Positions 1 through 4,640 of a stretch of DNA of 6,017 bases are shown piece after piece (within the stretch, counting starts at the first letter, position 1; every line of letters starts with the position of its first letter). The translations under genes were made by a program, and so were the position numbers. The stretch comes from Promethearchaeota archaeon (GTDB lineage: Archaea > Asgardarchaeota > Odinarchaeia > Odinarchaeales > JBHLKK01). The notes beneath the pieces are model-generated. The model was not told the origin of the DNA. It was given only the letters and a program-made list of their open reading frames with translations, and did no database searches. The DNA is taken from assembly GCA_048939465.1 (NCBI GenBank), contig JBHLPL010000115.1, positions 1-6,017 on the forward strand, given 5' to 3'.

Positions 1-244
1 CATGAATCAATGAGAATGGCGAAGAATTTTCTCCTGGATTTGATGAAGAAGGTATTCGATTGAAGAGAATAGATTACGCTGAACAGCGGCCTGCAAGGGA
101 GCCCTGTTGTGAAACTAAGCGCTGCATCTATTTCTTGTTTCAGAACATCGCTTTTTGAAGGTTAAGATTCATGTTGCAGCGACTGATATTCTTTTGTCGA
201 TGGATAAGCCAAAGCTGACTTACGAACGCCATTTTTCACCGGTT

Positions 245-742
245 TCATCCGGACGGGCGCTTTTCGTTGCGGACCAGTTCCTCAAGAGATTTTCTGCTCT
301 TTGCAGGTTTTTCAGCAGGGTAGCCTAGGGGGAATACGGTTAGCAAGTGCTTCTCCTTTGGAATGTCAAGAATCTCTTTGACAGATTCACGGTTCATGGT
401 GCCTATCCAGCAAGTTCCTAGGCCTAAGGCCCAGGCTGCCAGCTGGAGGTTCTGAGAGGCCAAGCTGCCATCTACGATGTGCCATCTAGAGGCTCTCGGA
501 TCTGTTACAATCGCTATGGCCAGTGGCGCATCGGCTATGAAGGACCCGTATGCGGCCTCAGAAGCGATTTTCACCAGTAAATCTTTGTCTCTGATAATTA
601 TGAACTCCCAAGGCTGGCTATTTCCAGCAGATGGAGCCCATCTCATGGCGTCCAGCAAAACTGTAATTTTCTCTTCTTCCACTTTCTTCTGCTCATATTT
701 TCTGATACTTCTTCTCTCTCTTATGCAGTCAACGACATCCAT
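245..742 (-). CDS. Nitroreductase family (FMN-dependent NAD(P)H oxidoreductase) protein, about 165 aa
   Basis: Family motifs RRSIRKY, APSAGNSQPWEF and D-x5-QNLQLAAWALGLGTCW. Start moved from the ORF-track GTG (751) to ATG 742, because GAGGTG (minus strand, 749-754) lies 6 nt upstream as an SD. Confidence 0.93.
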   Translation of the reverse strand: MDVVDCIRERRSIRKYEQKKVEEEKITVLLDAMRWAPSAGNSQPWEFIIIRDKDLLVKIASEAAYGSFIADAPLAIAIVTDPRASRWHIVDGSLASQNLQLAAWALGLGTCWIGTMNRESVKEILDIPKEKHLLTVFPLGYPAEKPAKSRKSLEELVRNEKRPSG

Positions 743-867
743 AACCAACACCTCTTCTAATTCAAGACAAGGCAGACACTTCTATGTCTCGGCAAAGCTA
801 TTACTTATCGCAAAAGATGGAATATTTTACCATATGCTATTCCAGTTGGCCAATTCACTCAGATAAG

Positions 868-1461
868 TCACTTGCTTTCAGATGATGTGTTTAGGCGGCT
901 CTTTACCTCTTTCTCAAGCTTCTCAAACTCCTTCAGCTTGTCAGATAGGATAAGTTCGAATAATCGACCGATATCACTCTCTCCACTCTTCTCATCAAAC
1001 TGGGTGATCTTCTTGAAGTATTCACTTCTCTTGCGCACACTCCCCGATGTTGCTTTGAGTCTATCAAAGACCTTCATCAGAGGAACAATGCGACTGTCAA
1101 CTATTTCTGATTCACGCATCAGGCTGTCAACGTAGCGTTCAAATTCCGGAATTAGGAATATCCTTATTCTATCTTTCACTTCTTTTACACTTTCAGACTC
1201 TTCAGCAGAAGTCTCTAAGTGCCACAGCAAGGACCTGGCCGCAGTTAGAAGAAGCAGTATTTCACTGAGCCAGTTTTTCAGAGAGTTTAGAGCCTCTTCA
1301 ATACGTTTGGACGCCTTATCGGCCTTGGCCATACGCTCCTTTAGATTCTTTCCATCCACGATGAAAGGGAAGACGTTGAAAAGCCGTTGTGTGAATGTCT
1401 CCAGTATCTCTCTAAGCTTTTTTAGGGCGTCTATATACTTCTCCAAGGTCGGTCTCCCCAA
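868..1461 (-). CDS. Hypothetical all-alpha-helical / coiled-coil-like protein, 197 aa
   Basis: Long ORF rich in E/K/L with heptad-like stretches (LKKLREILETF, LKEFEKLEKEVKSRL). TTG start preceded by GGGAGTAGG. Same strand as its neighbours with no overlap. No family motif recognised. Confidence 0.75.
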   Translation of the reverse strand: MGRPTLEKYIDALKKLREILETFTQRLFNVFPFIVDGKNLKERMAKADKASKRIEEALNSLKNWLSEILLLLTAARSLLWHLETSAEESESVKEVKDRIRIFLIPEFERYVDSLMRESEIVDSRIVPLMKVFDRLKATSGSVRKRSEYFKKITQFDEKSGESDIGRLFELILSDKLKEFEKLEKEVKSRLNTSSESK

Positions 1462-1504
1462 TAAGTTACCTACTCCCTGGATTAGGTTTCTAGTCTAGTA
1501 ACGA

Positions 1505-1511
1505 TATTTAA
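1505..1511 (-). promoter_or_regulatory. Candidate TATA box (TTAAATA) for the helical orphan gene
   Basis: Minus-strand TTAAATATC in the 52-bp gap after the mch stop, about 45 nt upstream of the TTG at 1461. The same TTAAATATC occurs at 2601-2609 upstream of fae-hps. Confidence 0.35.
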
Positions 1512-1513
1512 GT

Positions 1514-2473
1514 CTATTCTTTGAACCCTAGACTCTTCTTGAGGGTTCCGCTATTGATATGTCCGGCCTTGTATGTTACCCCCGTTCTCATATCATTGAC
1601 CACGATTAGAGCTGGGGCAAAGATTCCAGGATCTATCTTGTAAAAGTCTCCACCTACTGATTTGAAGATTTCATAAAAAGGTCTGCCATAATCTTTGGAC
1701 GCAGAAGAGGGAGTTTTATCAACAATACTCTTCAATTCATCCTTCTCTTTGCTTCGGACATAAAGGACTACTGAACCGGCGAAAAGCATTGCGTCATTAG
1801 TCATTCCCATAGCCTTTGAGTCTTTTTTCCCAACTGGTACAATCGGACAGTTTCCAAATCCGTGCAGAATACGATCAGGATTCAAACCCACTTCTGTAAT
1901 CTTGTGAATTCCTGTTTCAACTATTCTTGCGGCGATTTGGACTGACCCCGAAATGCTGGCAGTCGGCGTTACAACAGCGTAGGTCTTAGAGACATCTACA
2001 TTGCATTTTTCGGCTACGAACTGCATAACTTCTTCATTGGGAAGTTCCCGAGTCTCTAAAACTATCACTGCCGAATCCATTTTATCCTTGTAGCCAATTT
2101 TCCTGAAAAGTTTTTCTTCGACCTGCGCCAGAGCCCTGGCGGGACCAGAACCCATTACAAAGTAATCCCTTACCCTGATTCTCCACCCGGCAAATTGAGA
2201 TGCCAAACATGCAACGACGGGTTGGTCGGTATATACACTTACGGAAGGGAGCAGAATGTCATCGAGCCAATGAGGATACAGCGATACTTCACCCAGACCT
2301 CCCAAGCAGATCTCACCAATCAAAACCCCAGCCTCGAGTCCACCTTTGGCTTGGACCCCCGCATCAATCACCGTAGCGCCGTTGGTTAATTCGCCGACGT
2401 CAATGCTAAGCTGTTCGGCATTCTTGATCATATTCTTTACAATTCTCAAAGCTTCACGATTAACGCTTAACAT
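1514..2473 (-). CDS. mch: Methenyltetrahydromethanopterin cyclohydrolase, 319 aa
   Basis: Typical Mch sequence: MLSVN...GATVIDAGV..KGGLEAG..IGEICLGGLG, ACLASQFAGW, MGSGPARALA, LETRELP, PTASISGSVQIAARIVETGIHK, MGMTNDA, PSSASKDYGRPFYEIFK, FYKIDPGIFAPA. Confidence 0.97.
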   Translation of the reverse strand: MLSVNREALRIVKNMIKNAEQLSIDVGELTNGATVIDAGVQAKGGLEAGVLIGEICLGGLGEVSLYPHWLDDILLPSVSVYTDQPVVACLASQFAGWRIRVRDYFVMGSGPARALAQVEEKLFRKIGYKDKMDSAVIVLETRELPNEEVMQFVAEKCNVDVSKTYAVVTPTASISGSVQIAARIVETGIHKITEVGLNPDRILHGFGNCPIVPVGKKDSKAMGMTNDAMLFAGSVVLYVRSKEKDELKSIVDKTPSSASKDYGRPFYEIFKSVGGDFYKIDPGIFAPALIVVNDMRTGVTYKAGHINSGTLKKSLGFKE

Positions 2474-2475
2474 GA

Positions 2476-2505
2476 TTCATCCCTCTAAACTTCATCCCTC
2501 TAAAC
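2476..2505. repeat. Perfect 15-bp tandem duplication (TTCATCCCTCTAAAC x2) immediately upstream of mch
   Basis: 2476-2490 and 2491-2505 are identical. On the minus strand the unit reads GTTTAGAGGGATGAA and contains the SD-like GAGGGATGA of mch. Confidence 0.95.
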
Positions 2506-2535
2506 CATAAGCTGGAACGTGTCTCTGTCATCTTT

Positions 2536-2549
2536 GCTTATAAGCTTTA
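2536..2549 (-). promoter_or_regulatory. Candidate BRE/TATA promoter of mch
   Basis: Minus strand reads TAAAGCTTATAAGC (purine-rich AAAG then TTATAA), about 65 nt upstream of the mch ATG. GCTTATAAGC (2536-2545) is a perfect palindrome. Confidence 0.5.
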
Positions 2550-2636
2550 GACCTCAGAAGATTAGTCGATATCCAATCAATCACAGAAGAAAAGGAGCAG
2601 TTAAATATCAGGTTGCTTGATATGAAAACACTCTGT

Positions 2637-2656
2637 TGGTAAACCTTAAATTACCA
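2637..2656 (+). promoter_or_regulatory. Candidate BRE/TATA of fae-hps (AAACCTTAAAT) enclosed by inverted repeat TGGTAA-N8-TTACCA
   Basis: TATA-like TTAAAT preceded by AAACC, about 65 nt upstream of ATG 2715. The 6-bp inverted arms are directly visible. Confidence 0.4.
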
Positions 2657-2714
2657 TAGAAATAAGATGTATATGTAGAGAAGAAGTAGTTTTTCCTTGG
2701 GAGTGAGAGCTGAG

Positions 2715-3911
2715 ATGTATTTAATAGGTGAAGCTTTAATCGGCAAGGGAGACGAAGTTGCTCACGTAGATTTGATAATCGGAGACAAAGAAGGTCCAGT
2801 TGGACAAGCTTTCGCTAATAGCCTGGCCCAGCTCTCAGTAGGACACACGCCTCTATTGGCAGTAATCAGACCGAATCTTCCCTCAAAGCCCATGACACTG
2901 GTAATACCTAAGGTTACCGTGAAAAATCTGAATCAAGCCTCAAAGATATTTGGACCGGCGCAATCGGCAGTCGCTAAGGCCATAGCAGACGCAGTCGAGG
3001 AAGAGATCATACCAAAGAACAAGATTGATGAGTGGGTGATCATATGCAGTGTATTCATTCATCCCAATGCTCAAGACTACCGGAAGATATATCACTACAA
3101 TTACGGCGCAACAAAACTCGCTCTGAAGCGTGCAATGATAGGCTATCCGTCCATAGATAAGATACTGTACGACAAAGACAGAGCCACACACCCGATTATG
3201 GGATTCAGAGTGCCAAGGTTATGGAGACCACCATATCTTCAAATAGCTCTCGACGTCCCGTCACTTAAGAAAACAACGGAAATTATTAAGCAAGTACCCC
3301 ATAGCGACAGAATCCTGCTTGAAGCAGGCACGCCTTTAGTTAAAAGATATGGCGTTGATGTTCTCAAAAAACTGAGAGAAGTCGCGAAAGATGTGTTTAT
3401 AACTTGCGATCTAAAGACGCTTGACGTCGGAAAGGTCGAAGTTGACATGGCTTACGAAGCAACATCAGATGCGGTAGTTGCCTCAGGACTAGCTGCAAAG
3501 GAAACCCTTGACAGTTTCATTCATGAGGCACAAAGGCTTGGGATCTATGCGATAGTAGACATGATGAACGTCGAGAATCCCGTTGAGAAGCTCACCAGCC
3601 TTAAGGAGAAACCGGATGTCGTGATTTTGCACCGAGCTATAGACGCAGAAGCTTCGGAAAAGCCTCGCTGGGACTTCATCAAAGAAATCAAAGCGCTTTA
3701 CAAGAAGAAAAAGGTCCTATTAGCTGTTGCTGGCGGCGTGGTTCCTGAAACAGCAAGTTTGGCTTTGAAGAGTGGTGCGGACCTATTAATTGTAGGAAGG
3801 TATATCACACAATCTCTTGATCCAGAGAGAGCAGTCAGAGAGTTCCTAAAAGTCTTTGAAGAGATGAAATACTGGAGTGACATCGACCTGTTCAGAGTTC
3901 ACGTAGAATAA
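2715..3911 (+). CDS. fae-hps: Bifunctional formaldehyde-activating enzyme / 3-hexulose-6-phosphate synthase (Fae-Hps), about 398 aa
   Basis: N-terminal Fae domain ([53 protein letters not shown]) fused to a C-terminal Hps domain ([43 protein letters not shown]). ATG 2715 (MYLIGEA...) matches the N-terminus of known Fae proteins better than TTG 2697. Confidence 0.96.
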   Translation: MYLIGEALIGKGDEVAHVDLIIGDKEGPVGQAFANSLAQLSVGHTPLLAVIRPNLPSKPMTLVIPKVTVKNLNQASKIFGPAQSAVAKAIADAVEEEIIPKNKIDEWVIICSVFIHPNAQDYRKIYHYNYGATKLALKRAMIGYPSIDKILYDKDRATHPIMGFRVPRLWRPPYLQIALDVPSLKKTTEIIKQVPHSDRILLEAGTPLVKRYGVDVLKKLREVAKDVFITCDLKTLDVGKVEVDMAYEATSDAVVASGLAAKETLDSFIHEAQRLGIYAIVDMMNVENPVEKLTSLKEKPDVVILHRAIDAEASEKPRWDFIKEIKALYKKKKVLLAVAGGVVPETASLALKSGADLLIVGRYITQSLDPERAVREFLKVFEEMKYWSDIDLFRVHVE

Positions 3912-3935
3912 ACCAACTCTGGAGTTTTATTCTTT
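3905..3935 (+). terminator. Possible terminator after fae-hps (imperfect hairpin plus T-rich tract)
   Basis: AGAATAA...AACT-CTGG-AGTT-TTATTCT can pair with a 3-nt bulge, and overlaps the T-rich TTTTATTCTTT (3925-3935) just after the stop codon. Confidence 0.35.
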
Positions 3936-4039
3936 GGGGAATATATCAAACAGCATATTCTTATAGTGAAAAGACCTCAGGTGTTAGTGCCTGATTTCAC
4001 ATAATCAATAATCCGAGGAATGATGGTTCCGAAAACAAG

Positions 4040-4055
4040 TAGATTTATTTATCTA
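4040..4055 (+). promoter_or_regulatory. Candidate TATA (TTTATTTA) of the p25/p62-like unit, framed by TAGAT-N6-ATCTA
   Basis: AT-rich box about 40 nt upstream of TTG 4091, preceded by A-rich GAAAACAAG. The inverted 5-bp arms are visible. Confidence 0.4.
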
Positions 4056-4090
4056 TTTGCGTTGAATAGCTTTTCCGGAGTGTTTGGATA

Positions 4091-4630
4091 TTGTGTCCTG
4101 TTTTGAAACATAGAGGTGTAGAACCGCAGATTCATGAGAGCGTATACGTAGATGAACTTGCAAGAATAATAGGTGACGTGAGAATAGGTAAGCACTCGTA
4201 TATTGGCCCAGGCGCAACAATAAGAGGCGATCTGGGAAGGGTGACCATAGGAAACTACGTAGTCATCCAAGACAATGCTATAGTCTATCCGCCAGAGGTC
4301 TTTCTTGACGGCAGCCTAAGCCATGAAAGTATAATAATCGGAAACTATGTCTTAATTGGAAAAGGGGCGGTGATTCAGGGGACCTATATTGGAGATTATT
4401 GCTTTGTGGGAAACAATGCTGTGGTAGAACGTGAGTCACAACTTAATCGAGGAGACGTTATTCTGCCTGGTTCAGTAGTCCCAAATAAGGCCATAGTTCC
4501 ACCAGAATCCGTCATGGTGGGTAATCCAGCCAATTTGCTAAGGAAGTTGAGTCACGGAGAACAGGAAAGACACGGGGAATTTATTGAAGCGTATATTCGA
4601 TTTGCAGAGACCTTTGAGAAAACTAAATAG
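4091..4630 (+). CDS. Left-handed beta-helix protein of the gamma-carbonic anhydrase superfamily lacking Zn ligands; dynactin p25 (DCTN5)-like, 179 aa
   Basis: Hexapeptide repeats, gamma-CA-type PQIHES..IIGDV.IG, RGD, IQD, GNPA and a C-terminal helix. The three His ligand positions read Y66, K91 and Q96. RGDL-x18-PP and the downstream turns match p25 spacing. TTG start with GGAG 10 nt upstream. The LbH fold is high confidence and the p25 relationship moderate. Confidence 0.8.
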   Translation: MCPVLKHRGVEPQIHESVYVDELARIIGDVRIGKHSYIGPGATIRGDLGRVTIGNYVVIQDNAIVYPPEVFLDGSLSHESIIIGNYVLIGKGAVIQGTYIGDYCFVGNNAVVERESQLNRGDVILPGSVVPNKAIVPPESVMVGNPANLLRKLSHGEQERHGEFIEAYIRFAETFEKTK

Positions 4631-4640
4631 GTGGGAACTA

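Noticed and set aside
1-63. Possible 3' end of a plus-strand gene (HESMRMAKNFLLDLMKKVFD*)
   Set aside because: It reads like an amphipathic C-terminal helix, but 20 codons are too few to support a CDS or family call.
774-789. AGACA-N6-TGTCT inverted repeat upstream of the nitroreductase
   Set aside because: Five-bp arms are expected by chance and there is no supporting context.
868-1461. Helical orphan as a dynactin p24/p50 shoulder subunit or ESCRT-III-like protein
   Set aside because: Only the size and helical composition are similar. I could not align any motif, and it is on the opposite strand, separated from the pair by two metabolic genes.
477-1498. Plus-strand ORFs 477-866, 872-1135 and 1307-1498
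   Set aside because: Antisense shadows of the nitroreductase and helical genes, Ser/Phe-rich with no motifs.
2697-2714. ORF-track TTG start of fae-hps (MGVRAE extension)
   Set aside because: This segment contains the SD-like GGGAGTGAG, and Fae proteins begin at the equivalent of MYLIGEA (ATG 2715).
2195-3883. ORFs 2195-2389 (+), 2940-3191 (-), 3239-3448 (-) and 3698-3883 (-)
   Set aside because: Each lies wholly within mch or fae-hps on the opposite strand and shows no protein-like signal.
1514-3911. Inference that the host is a methanogen or methanotroph
   Set aside because: mch and fae-hps also occur in non-methanogenic H4MPT-using archaea, and no mcr or mtr gene is in the window.
4091-4630. 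Call as an active gamma-carbonic anhydrase supplying CO2/HCO3- to the C1 pathway
   Set aside because: All three metal-binding His positions are substituted (Y66, K91, Q96).
4584-4640. ORF-track start of the p62-like gene at 4584 (MKRIFDLQ...)
   Set aside because: It would overlap the upstream gene by 47 nt. TTG 4641 has a well-placed AGGTGG SD and puts the first Cys motif at the N-terminus.
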